Source of the DNA: Myxococcota bacterium
Lineage (GTDB): Bacteria > Myxococcota_A > Polyangia > Nannocystales > Nannocystaceae
Direction of reading: 5' to 3'
Assembly: GCA_039194325.1 (NCBI GenBank)
Contig: JBCCWC010000008.1
Coordinates: 64,001 to 128,000, forward strand
Length of the DNA stretch: 64,000 bases
The position numbers and the translations under genes are program-made. The notes under the pieces were generated by a model that was given only the letters and a program-made list of their open reading frames with translations, did not search any database and was not told the DNA's origin. Below, piece by piece: positions 20,213-28,755 of this stretch (positions are counted from its first letter, which is position 1; each line of letters opens with the position of its first letter).

Positions 20213-21172
20213 TCAGGGGGCGGAGAGCGTCTTGAGCAGCTTGGAGGTGGAGATCGAAGCGTTGTCGATCATCTGCTTGGCCGAGTCGGATACGCGCTTG
20301 CCACGGTAGCCGGAGGTCCGCAATGCATCGCTATCCTTCACGCCAACGTCGTCCTGCTTGTAGTAGTTGTCGAGCTGGTGTTCGACGCACTTGCGCTCCT
20401 TTTTGGTGAGGGGCTTGCCCCCATTGACCCCCTTGCCAGAGTTGGCCGCGACCTTGCGAGCGTCGGCGTAGGTCATGGTCTTGCCGCGCTTGTGGCATGC
20501 TGCCTCGAAGGGATCGAAGACCTCGTGGCAGCTGGCGTGCGTGCCCATGTGCTGGCTACGACCGCTGGCCACGAAGGTGGGGGCCTTGCTGTGGCTGTAG
20601 CCCGATTGGTTCTTCATGCAGCGACCCGGGATCGCGTGGTGGCCAGTGTCGGGGCTGCTGACCTTGTTGTAAGGCTTCATGTTCAAGGCCGGATCGACCC
20701 CCTTGCAGGGACCATCGGCCGGGTTCCCGCTGGCGTCGAAGTTCATCGTCGACACAAAGGGCCACGGCACGCTGTCGTTGCGCGGGTACGACGCGCCGTT
20801 GGTCTGCATGAGATCGAGGTTGCGGCAGACTCCCTTGCCCTCGAACTTGACGTCCATCGACCACAAGGTGAAGTAGGCCTTCCCCTTGGTCTTGCTGTTC
20901 ATCACCCCGCCGCCCTGGGTTCCCGCCTCGTCCCCCGTGCTGGTGGAGAGATACGAGCTGTCCTCGAGAGCGGCCGGCTTGCCGTCGACCAAGACGTCCT
21001 TGCTGCCCTTGGTCAGATCACTGGCCATCGCCGTGTTGGGGTAGGGCACGGGTAGGGGCCCTGCCGGCGGTGGTGGTGGTGTCAGGCACACGTCGGGCAT
21101 GGACGCGATGGCCTTGCCCGAGCTGGCCTGCGAGCAGATCGACTGCTTGTTGGCGAAGACCGTATCACCCAC
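20213..21172 (-). CDS. PAAR-like DUF4150 protein with C-terminal GHH-type (Tox-GHH2-like) HNH nuclease toxin
   Basis: PDVCLTPP..PVPYPN..STGDEAGT.GG..WSMDVKFEGKGVCR (DUF4150). C-terminal TGHHAIPG..YSHSKAPT..GTHASCH. Confidence 0.85.
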   Translation of the reverse strand: MGDTVFANKQSICSQASSGKAIASMPDVCLTPPPPPAGPLPVPYPNTAMASDLTKGSKDVLVDGKPAALEDSSYLSTSTGDEAGTQGGGVMNSKTKGKAYFTLWSMDVKFEGKGVCRNLDLMQTNGASYPRNDSVPWPFVSTMNFDASGNPADGPCKGVDPALNMKPYNKVSSPDTGHHAIPGRCMKNQSGYSHSKAPTFVASGRSQHMGTHASCHEVFDPFEAACHKRGKTMTYADARKVAANSGKGVNGGKPLTKKERKCVEHQLDNYYKQDDVGVKDSDALRTSGYRGKRVSDSAKQMIDNASISTSKLLKTLSAP

Positions 21173-22202
21173 GATCGACCCTCCCGAAGCGTCGAATCAA
21201 CGCACACCCTCGTAGGTCGTCGTCCGAGGTGCTCATGAGCATGGCGACAGGGCCCGGGGCATAGCCGTGCCGGTGGGCGCGGTCGACGACCGTGAGCAAC
21301 GCAGGCACAGAGGCCGCGCCTATCTCGCCGATGCAGTCGGCCAGGTACCACAAGGGAAAGGTGGTCCTCCGCTCACGCACCACACGAGCGATCGCGTACG
21401 AGTGCTCGACGAAGAAGTATCGCTCGCCGTTGAGGTCGGTCAGCCGAAGATCGATGTCGGCCATCGCCAGGTTCCGCGACTGCAAGCAGGCCCGGATCGC
21501 CGAGGCGAGGCCGGTGCCGACCGAGGGGTCCTCGGCGTCGACCGTACGTGGCTCGCGGGCGCTGGCCAGGCCCTCGACCGTCGAGCCCACCGAGACCCCC
21601 GCCGGCGATCGGCGGGTCAGGACGACAGCCGCGGCGGCCTCGCCCGGGATGAACCCATCGGTGTTGTTCTCGGTCTTGAGCCGGCGCTGCTGGTCGAAGT
21701 GCTGCAGGGTGGCCATCGACAGGAAGCTGTCGACACCGCAGACGACGCAGGCACGGAGCGAGGGATCCTGGAGGATCTCGCTGGCCGAGATCAACGCCCG
21801 AAAGCCAGCCCCTCGACCGCCTCGGATCAACCGGCGCAGTCGGGGATGGAAGCGCACTCCGAGCGCCGCCTCCACGGGGACGAGCAGATTCTCTTCGAAG
21901 GCAGCAGGTAGGCCAGGGCGGTCGTGCTCACCGAGCGCGACCACGATGGCGATGTCTTCGATCGGTCGTGAGACGGCCAGTAGCGCCTCGCGGAGGGTGT
22001 GTACCAGCATGCGGACGAAGTGTACGGACCCCTCGGGTGCTCGGCCCTGGTCCCATGGGATCGGTGCCCCGGTGATCGGCTCGTCATCCATGTCGCGAAA
22101 AGGGACGGGCATCAGGCCGGCAATCCCCGACCGGATGCCTGCACATGCGTTGTCCCGATCGAGACCGACCGCGCACAGCAGACCTGTACTTGCGATGTAC
22201 AC
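21165..22202 (-). CDS. thiolase / 3-oxoacyl-ACP-synthase-like T6SS adaptor (PRK06147 type)
   Basis: CAVGL..ACAGIRSGI, GVDSFL, FIPGEAAAAV, DLNGERYFFVE, IGEIGAAS. GTG 22202 with GAGGAG RBS. Confidence 0.85.
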   Translation of the reverse strand: MYIASTGLLCAVGLDRDNACAGIRSGIAGLMPVPFRDMDDEPITGAPIPWDQGRAPEGSVHFVRMLVHTLREALLAVSRPIEDIAIVVALGEHDRPGLPAAFEENLLVPVEAALGVRFHPRLRRLIRGGRGAGFRALISASEILQDPSLRACVVCGVDSFLSMATLQHFDQQRRLKTENNTDGFIPGEAAAAVVLTRRSPAGVSVGSTVEGLASAREPRTVDAEDPSVGTGLASAIRACLQSRNLAMADIDLRLTDLNGERYFFVEHSYAIARVVRERRTTFPLWYLADCIGEIGAASVPALLTVVDRAHRHGYAPGPVAMLMSTSDDDLRGCALIRRFGRVDRG

Positions 22203-22209
22203 CGAGATC

Positions 22210-23289
22210 TTACTCCTCGCGACTGTCCTCGGGCGGGAACGTGGAGCGCCAGTCCACGTAGACCTTGCTCTGCGCCACCGCCTTGTGAAACGCCGGCGTG
22301 GGGACACCCAGGCGAATACGGTGCGTCTCGACCGACTTCCAGGTGCAGCGCAGGGTGCAGCGATAGGTCGCGATAATCCGGTCCTCGTCGGGCTCGATCA
22401 CGAGGGTATCGAGCCGGCTCTCGCCGATGGTCTCGCCCCCCCGGTGCTCGACGACCACCGGCAGCTCTAGTCGCGGAATCTCGAAGTCGAAGCGCCCTTT
22501 GGGGCTGGCGTTGATGACGACCCCACGCTCTCCGCCACGGGGAAAGTCGATCTGCTGGTCCGGCGGAGCACCCTGATAGTACCGAAGGTCGAAGTCGACG
22601 GGAAGCTGAGGGTAGCGGGTTTCCTTCCACAGGTCGTCGTAGGTGCCGGCTAGCGCGAGGCGGGGCTGCCAACCCCGCCCCACGAAGCCATAGCCCACCG
22701 GGCTGGGCCTACTCGCCGAAGAGGCGAGCAGGCCATCGAGTCGCTCGAGGTTCGGCACCGGTAGCCCTGCGACCAGGCCGTCGGGCCCTATACCGACCAG
22801 GCCACAACCGATGGGATTGCGAGCCTCGTAGGCCTTGCCATCATCGCTCATTCCGCCGAATGCTCGTTCCCAGCGCAGGGGGATGGAGACGAACGGTTTG
22901 GGGTCCGAAGGGGAGAAGACACCAAAACCTCGGGCTGCCCAGACTCGATCGCCGGTCACCATTACTGTCTTGTCGATCGAGCCAAAGCGCAGGTGCACGG
23001 GAGATGAGGTCACGGGGCGACCCCCGGGGGCATGAGCGTGCCCATTGAGCACTACGTCGCAGCGGGTCTTGGTGAGCGAGAAATCGTGCTCGTAGCGCAC
23101 CGAGGACGACTCGGGATCGCCCCAGTGTACATCACAGGTGCAAAGCTCCACCTGTTGGCTCGCTCGCTTGGGGCCGTGGCCACTCATGGCGAACGTTCCC
23201 TTGGTCACCACGACCACATGCTCGCAAGCCTCGGCGTCCGGTACGATTGTGGCGAGGCTGGGCAGCCCGCAGAAATTGAGGATCTTCAC
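22210..23289 (-). CDS. DUF2169-family T6SS accessory/adaptor protein
   Basis: VVVTKGTF, DVHWGDP..SSVRYEHD, GDRVW, WERAFGG, NPIGCG, WQPR..AGTYD, APPDQQ, LDTLVIEPD. Confidence 0.92.
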   Translation of the reverse strand: MKILNFCGLPSLATIVPDAEACEHVVVVTKGTFAMSGHGPKRASQQVELCTCDVHWGDPESSSVRYEHDFSLTKTRCDVVLNGHAHAPGGRPVTSSPVHLRFGSIDKTVMVTGDRVWAARGFGVFSPSDPKPFVSIPLRWERAFGGMSDDGKAYEARNPIGCGLVGIGPDGLVAGLPVPNLERLDGLLASSASRPSPVGYGFVGRGWQPRLALAGTYDDLWKETRYPQLPVDFDLRYYQGAPPDQQIDFPRGGERGVVINASPKGRFDFEIPRLELPVVVEHRGGETIGESRLDTLVIEPDEDRIIATYRCTLRCTWKSVETHRIRLGVPTPAFHKAVAQSKVYVDWRSTFPPEDSREE

Positions 23290-23391
23290 GAGAATGAGCG
23301 AAGCTGATGCGAACTCGGGGTGTCGAGCCGGTTTGATGAGTCGACCGCGGGCCGTAGCGGACCCGTCGCTCCCCAGAGCGTGGCGAGGTGG

Positions 23392-23856
23392 TCAATTGAT
23401 CTGTACCGAGCCTCCCTTGATGCGGTGGGTGCCCGCGGCTCGGGTCGATATGTAGCGACCGTGGGTGAGTACCTTGCCGGCACGAGTGAGAACCAGCGTT
23501 GCCTTGCCGCAGCGCAGCTCGAGACGCTGATTGGCCTGCAGGATCAGGGTGTCTCCGTCGACGAGCACTCGAGCGCGGTCCGGGCTAGCGGCGGGATCGA
23601 GGAGTTTCCCGAGGATGATCGGTCGGTCGATGCGCCCTGACTGGAACGTGAGGACGAGTTCGCAGCCGATGTCCGCAGGCGTGAGAGCGATCGTCGTTCG
23701 GGCGGGGGTTAGCGTGGTCGCCCCCTCGGGATATTGTACGAGAGGAACCCCATCACCACGGAGTGCCCTGAGCCAGCCAATCTCGGTACTGGCCGCACGG
23801 AGCGTCGAATTCGGGAGAATTTCGACCGTCTTACTTGCGGGGTGCGAGACCGACAT
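23392..23856 (-). CDS. DUF6484 protein (gp5/VgrG-like OB-fold plus short beta-helix spike)
   Basis: IGCELVLTFQSGRIDRPIILG OB-fold motif, LELRCGKATLVLTRAGK..RIKGGSVQIN VgrG-like C-terminus. Confidence 0.85.
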   Translation of the reverse strand: MSVSHPASKTVEILPNSTLRAASTEIGWLRALRGDGVPLVQYPEGATTLTPARTTIALTPADIGCELVLTFQSGRIDRPIILGKLLDPAASPDRARVLVDGDTLILQANQRLELRCGKATLVLTRAGKVLTHGRYISTRAAGTHRIKGGSVQIN

Positions 23857-23862
23857 GAGCTT

Positions 23863-23891
23863 ATCATTGGCTACTGAGTATCGATTGTCAA
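23863..23891 (-). promoter_or_regulatory. sigma-70-type promoter of the toxin cassette, probably leaderless
   Basis: TTGACA (23891-23886), 17 bp, AATGAT (23868-23863), then 6 nt to the ATG at 23856. Confidence 0.6.
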
Positions 23892-24569
23892 GGGTGTAAT
23901 GAAGGGAGGGCTTTCCTGACGTACCGCTAGCGTTATGTTATGGTGGCGCTTCGGATCAGATGCTCGTCTACCGGCTCGATCGAAAAAGCCGAACTCTGGA
24001 GACGACGCCATCTCCGGCGCAATTCCTATCATATTGGCCTCAAGCTTTCCTCAATGAGACAGTGAATCCAACGACGACATCAGTGCAATATCGCATCGTC
24101 ATAATAAGTCATCACTCTTCGCGTAAGTCTCATATGCAATGATCGCCACAACCATGCATACCGCAAGCAACTGCTCATCATAGAATGAGGGGCACAACAT
24201 GCGCGAACACGCGACTCTCTTAGACCGAGCGCGACACCGACCGAAGATGATGATGAGGACGGTGCTCGCGAGATCGCCAACGACCTCCTTCCCCGGTGCG
24301 GACATAGCCCCTCAGACGCTCCCCAGAGACCTCGCGGCGGTTGCGCAAGCGCTGAGCTCGCGATATCGCACCTCATGGGTCAGGCAAAAGCAGGTGGTGG
24401 CCCCCTCGTCAACGGGCTGCGACCCCCCCCGCGCACGGGGGCCCTCACGTTCACGCGGGAGCCAAACGCCGTTTTCCCCGTGGCGCCCGGAAGGGCAGGC
24501 TCCCTACCATCGCCCTGCTCTTCCCCCAAGAGCGTTCCCCAAACCCAACGACTCCAAGGACCACGCATC

Positions 24570-25199
24570 ATGGCCATCCGACTGGGCGACACCGCCCCCG
24601 ATTTCACCGCCGAGACCACCGAGGGCACGATCACGTTTCACGAGTACCTCGGCGACTCGTGGGGGATCTTGTTCTCACACCCCAAGGACTTCACCCCCGT
24701 GTGCACGACCGAGCTGGGCCAGGTGGCCAAGCTCAAGGACGAGTTCACCAAGCGCAACGTCAAGGTCGTGGGGCTGAGCGTCGACCCGGTGGAGGATCAC
24801 CGCAAGTGGGCGAGCGATATCGAAGAGACCCAGGGCGCCGCGCTCAACTACCCGCTCATCGGCGATCCAGACCGCAAGATCTCCGACGCCTACGACATGA
24901 TCCACCCCAACGCGAACAACACGCTGACGGTACGCTCGGTGTTCATCATCGGACCCGACAAGAAGGTCAAGCTCACCCTGACCTATCCGGCGAGCACGGG
25001 GCGCAACTTCGACGAGATCCTCCGGGTGGTGGACTCCCTGCAGCTGACGGCCAAGCACAGCGTGGCCACCCCGGTCAACTGGAAGCACGGCGAAGACGTG
25101 ATCATCGCGCCCAGCGTCTCGGACGAGCAGGCCAAGGAGCGCTTTGCTGGGTACAAGACGATCAAGCCCTACCTGCGCGTGACCAAGCAGCCCGAGTAG
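24570..25199 (+). CDS. 1-Cys peroxiredoxin (Prx6 family)
   Basis: FSHPKDFTPVCTTE, YPASTGRNFDE, ATPVNW. AAGGA RBS. Confidence 0.96.
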   Translation: MAIRLGDTAPDFTAETTEGTITFHEYLGDSWGILFSHPKDFTPVCTTELGQVAKLKDEFTKRNVKVVGLSVDPVEDHRKWASDIEETQGAALNYPLIGDPDRKISDAYDMIHPNANNTLTVRSVFIIGPDKKVKLTLTYPASTGRNFDEILRVVDSLQLTAKHSVATPVNWKHGEDVIIAPSVSDEQAKERFAGYKTIKPYLRVTKQPE

Positions 25200-25220
25200 G
25201 CCCGGGCGATCCCTGACGGC

Positions 25221-25255
25221 AAAAGCGGCCGCTCCTGTCCGGGAGCGGCCCTTTT
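25221..25255. terminator. bidirectional intrinsic terminator
   Basis: AAAAGCGGCCGCTCC..GGAGCGGCCCTTTT between convergent genes. Confidence 0.85.
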
Positions 25256-25409
25256 CGTTCGAAGCGCCTCGTGCCCGCGGCCTCTGGTCAGAGCACAGTG
25301 CAAGGTGTTGATGCTGCTGGGCGGGGTCGGCAGCGTGGTGCTCGGACGGCTATCGGTCGCGACAGCCGTCGCGCATCCCCACCCAGCCTCGGCAAAAATA
25401 ATCCCCGAA

Positions 25410-26543
25410 TCAGCCGGCCTTCTTGGGAACGGCCACCTCGGCCCACAGCAGCAGGTGGTCGCTGACGTCGCGCTCGGTCCCGCTGTCGACGGGCACGGAG
25501 GGCCAGGGGGTCTTGGGCCCGTCCTTCTCGCCGCGCACGATCTTGTCCTCGGCCGCGGCCTCGGCCCCCTTGAGCTCCATGTTGCACACGATGATCCGAT
25601 CCATGGGATCGCCATCCTGCACGGTGGTGAGCTGCGCGAGGGTCTCGGTGGCGGAGTCGGTGCACCCCTTTTGGCCGGTGAGCACCTGCGCGGCGCTCTC
25701 CTCGTAGTCGTCGTCGCCGGGGAGGAACTTGGAGGCAACGGTGCCGGCGATCACGACGGGTCGCTTCTTGAGCTCGCGCTTGGCCATGCGGCGGATCGAG
25801 CTGGCCTGGCTGCGGCGCTGCTTGGTCGCGCCCTCGAACTTGCCCTCCTTGAGGTGCACGGCGATGACGGTGATCTCCTGCCCCCCGGGGAGCTCGACCT
25901 CGGCGGCCACGTGCAGCGGGACCTTGACGTCGAAGCGGCGCTCGCCGCTGATGGGGAAGCGGGAGAGGATCGCGACCTGCTGGCCGGAGAAACGATCCTC
26001 GGAGTCGACCCAGGCGTATTGATAGTCGTAGCCGTTCTTGACGGTGATGCTGCTGGTGATGTCACTGAGCTCGCGCTCGCCGCCCAGCTCGGTGAGGACG
26101 ACCACGTCGAGGCGCTCGGCGACCAGGATCTCGACGATCCTGTCCCGCTTCCACTCCCAGGTGTCGTCGTCGGTGGCGACGTTGGGCTTGGCCTTGCCGG
26201 GACGCTTTTGGGGGATCGCGTCGAAGGCCCAGTCGAGGTTGAAGGTACCGACGGCGAACGCTCCCTCGGGCACCTTGGCCCCGGTGGGGGCCGGCTCGCC
26301 GCCGGACTCGGGCTTGGCCTCGCCGCCGGGCTGGGCCTCGCCGCCGGACTCGGGCTTGGCCTCGGACTCGGGCGTGGCCTCGGCCTCGGCCTCGGCCTGC
26401 GGGGCGGCCGCGGTCGACGCGGGAGTCTCGGATGGTGGCGCATTCTTGGGGCCACAGGCGAGCAACCCGAGCAACGAGGCCACTCCCACGGCGGCGGACA
26501 GGTGGAGGGAGCAACGAGGGTTCGACTTTGGTGGGACGATCAT
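25410..26543 (-). CDS. endonuclease/exonuclease/phosphatase-family lipoprotein
   Basis: Lipobox LLAC, GTFNL, LTE, VAILSRFP, AVHLK, DRII, SDH. The usual GDFN motif is replaced by GTVA. Confidence 0.82.
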   Translation of the reverse strand: MIVPPKSNPRCSLHLSAAVGVASLLGLLACGPKNAPPSETPASTAAAPQAEAEAEATPESEAKPESGGEAQPGGEAKPESGGEPAPTGAKVPEGAFAVGTFNLDWAFDAIPQKRPGKAKPNVATDDDTWEWKRDRIVEILVAERLDVVVLTELGGERELSDITSSITVKNGYDYQYAWVDSEDRFSGQQVAILSRFPISGERRFDVKVPLHVAAEVELPGGQEITVIAVHLKEGKFEGATKQRRSQASSIRRMAKRELKKRPVVIAGTVASKFLPGDDDYEESAAQVLTGQKGCTDSATETLAQLTTVQDGDPMDRIIVCNMELKGAEAAAEDKIVRGEKDGPKTPWPSVPVDSGTERDVSDHLLLWAEVAVPKKAG

Positions 26544-26646
26544 GGCGGTGGAGGACGAACCCGCGGCGCCGCGGGCTCGCTGATCGGGATGATAGGCCAT
26601 GACCCGGTCGGTGGGGCAAGGGGCGAAAGCCCGCATACATCTCGGA

Positions 26647-27252
26647 CTAGTCCATGCCCTTGAGGATCACATCGAAGCCAAGGACGTAGAGTGCATGCAC
26701 TCCGACTACGATGTGGGAGACGACAGGACCTATGAGGGATCGCTGCCGCGCATAGAGCATGCCCCACAGTAATCCGCCGGTAAATGCGACGAAGCCGTAG
26801 GTGATCGTCAGATGTAGGTGAGTCACCCCGAACAAGGCGTTGGAGACTACAATGGCCCAAAACCATCGTCGTTGCTCCGAGCCGGTGAAGGACTCGTAGA
26901 GCGGCCCCTGGACCGCCCCCCGCGAGATGAACTCCTGGATCGGTACGAGCAAGGCATAGACCCCGTAGCCCAGCAGCGGACCCACCGTGAAGGGGCGATC
27001 GAGCACGGCAAAGACGGGCTTGCCGGCATGGGCGGGGATGAGCTCGACCGGCGCCCACTTGCCGAGGGTGAGTAGGACCAGCGCGGGCACGGTCCATAGC
27101 AGCGCCTGGCGGAAGATCTCGAGCCGCCCCTGTTGCAGCAGGTACATGCGCTCGGTGGTCTCGCCCTGGCGTAGCAGGCACTCGCCGGGCTCGAGCACCA
27201 CCCGACGGGGCGCGAGCATGCCGATGAGCGTGGTGCGATCTTCGATGGTCAT
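26647..27252 (-). CDS. CPBP (Abi/CAAX) intramembrane protease with partial N-terminal cNMP-binding domain
   Basis: PGECLLRQGE..MYLLQQGRLEIF joined directly to TM helices with QEFISRG, FGVTH and SH. Possibly an internal deletion. Confidence 0.75.
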   Translation of the reverse strand: MTIEDRTTLIGMLAPRRVVLEPGECLLRQGETTERMYLLQQGRLEIFRQALLWTVPALVLLTLGKWAPVELIPAHAGKPVFAVLDRPFTVGPLLGYGVYALLVPIQEFISRGAVQGPLYESFTGSEQRRWFWAIVVSNALFGVTHLHLTITYGFVAFTGGLLWGMLYARQRSLIGPVVSHIVVGVHALYVLGFDVILKGMD

Positions 27253-27403
27253 CGGCCGCGCGCCGGGGGATCTCGCCGGCAGCAACCCCCGGAGCAACCC
27301 CCGGAGCGACCCCAAAGCGACCCATGACTCGACCGGTCGCGCCCGCGAGTATCACCCGCGGAACGGACCGGTCCCAAGACCCGGAAAGACGACCCGGGAT
27401 GAA

Positions 27404-28750
27404 TCAGGTAAGGCCGGACAAGCCGCCGCTGCCGCCGTCGGTGTTGCCGAAGGTCTGCTGGTCGCCCAGGCCCATGGCGTGACACAGGGAGACGAGCAGG
27501 CGGTTGTGTCGGATGTTGTTATACTGGAGCCAGCGCCCCATGGGGAACGCCCCGGAAGCACCGCCCAGCAGCACGAAGGGCACGGGCCGGTTGCCGTGGC
27601 TGTTGCCGCGCGACAGCTCGTTGCCCCACACCAGCAGGGTGTTGTCGAGCACGGAGCCGTCTCCCTCGGGGATCGCGGCCAGGGCGTCCATCAGGTACTT
27701 GATCTGCTCGGCGTACCAGACGTTGATCTCGCGGATCCCGTTTTGCATCACGGGGTCGCTGTTGCCGAGGTGGGACAGGTCGTGGTGCGACTGGTTGTGG
27801 CCCAGCCAGGTAAAGCGCGTGGTGCTGACGGAGCGCGAGAACTGCAAGCTCGCGACCCGGGTCAGATCGCAACCCAGCGCCATGGCGAGCAGATCCATCT
27901 GGCGCCGCCCGACCTCGGGGAAGTTGTCGTTGGCGCCCTCGTCGAAGCCGCCCCCCGGTGCCATCGGCGGCTCGCAGGCGGGGACCACGGCGTTGATCCG
28001 CTGCTCTACGGCTCGGATCGACTCGAGGTGGGCGTCGATCTTCACCTTGTCGTCGGCCGAGCCGTGGTTTCCCATGATCTGATCGAGGTCGCCCTTGACC
28101 ACGTCGATCACGCTCTGGCGCCGCGCCTTGATCTTATTGAGCTCGCCGCTGTCGACGTCGAGATCGGCGAAGAGCCGGTCGAACATAGCGCTCGCGCTGT
28201 CCTCGGGCGCGATGGGCTGGTTGGCCCCCGCGTAGCACATGCGCGACCAGATGTTGGCGTTCCTGGTCTGCACGCCGAATTCGAGCGATTTGTAGGCGGT
28301 CTCGCCTCCCACCGCGTTGGCGATGTGCTGGTCGACGGAGATCCCTCCGCCCCAGCCGGCCGAGCCACCGTTGCCGCCCCCGAAGTCGTCACCCTCGAGC
28401 AGGCGCGAGCCAGTCCACAGGTGGCCCATGCCCTTTTGGTGGCCATCGCCAACGCCGTCGCGCGAGACCTCGAGACCGTCGAGGACGATCATGCGATCTT
28501 TGTAGTCCTGGAGCGGCGAGAGGATCGGCCCCAGGGTGAAGTCGCTCTCGGAGCCGGAGGGCACCCAGTCTTCGTGGAGGGTGCCGTTGGCGGAGAACAG
28601 CAGCACGATCCGGCGGGGTCCGTCGCCAGGGGCCGCGTCGGTCTCCCGCGACAGCATGGGCAGGAAGGGGGTGAGCACCCCGGCCGCCCCCAGGCCCTGT
28701 AAGAAGGTGCGCCGCGAGTTGGCGAAGTTCTTGCGCTTGCGAATGCCCAT
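27404..28750 (-). CDS. DUF1552 domain protein (Tat-exported)
   Basis: SRRTFLQGLG Tat motif, NGT..W, ILSPL, ISVDQ, ALGCDLTRVA, HHDLSH, SVLDNTL. Confidence 0.92.
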   Translation of the reverse strand: MGIRKRKNFANSRRTFLQGLGAAGVLTPFLPMLSRETDAAPGDGPRRIVLLFSANGTLHEDWVPSGSESDFTLGPILSPLQDYKDRMIVLDGLEVSRDGVGDGHQKGMGHLWTGSRLLEGDDFGGGNGGSAGWGGGISVDQHIANAVGGETAYKSLEFGVQTRNANIWSRMCYAGANQPIAPEDSASAMFDRLFADLDVDSGELNKIKARRQSVIDVVKGDLDQIMGNHGSADDKVKIDAHLESIRAVEQRINAVVPACEPPMAPGGGFDEGANDNFPEVGRRQMDLLAMALGCDLTRVASLQFSRSVSTTRFTWLGHNQSHHDLSHLGNSDPVMQNGIREINVWYAEQIKYLMDALAAIPEGDGSVLDNTLLVWGNELSRGNSHGNRPVPFVLLGGASGAFPMGRWLQYNNIRHNRLLVSLCHAMGLGDQQTFGNTDGGSGGLSGLT

Positions 28751-28755
28751 GACTC

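Noticed and set aside
21165..22202. Fatty-acid/polyketide synthase gene
   Set aside because: Its position between DUF2169 and DUF4150, and the absence of ACP or other PKS genes, indicate the T6SS adaptor family.
23960..24400. Short ORFs or a vgrG/hcp remnant upstream of the toxin cassette
   Set aside because: No recognisable motifs or codon bias. Treated as non-coding.
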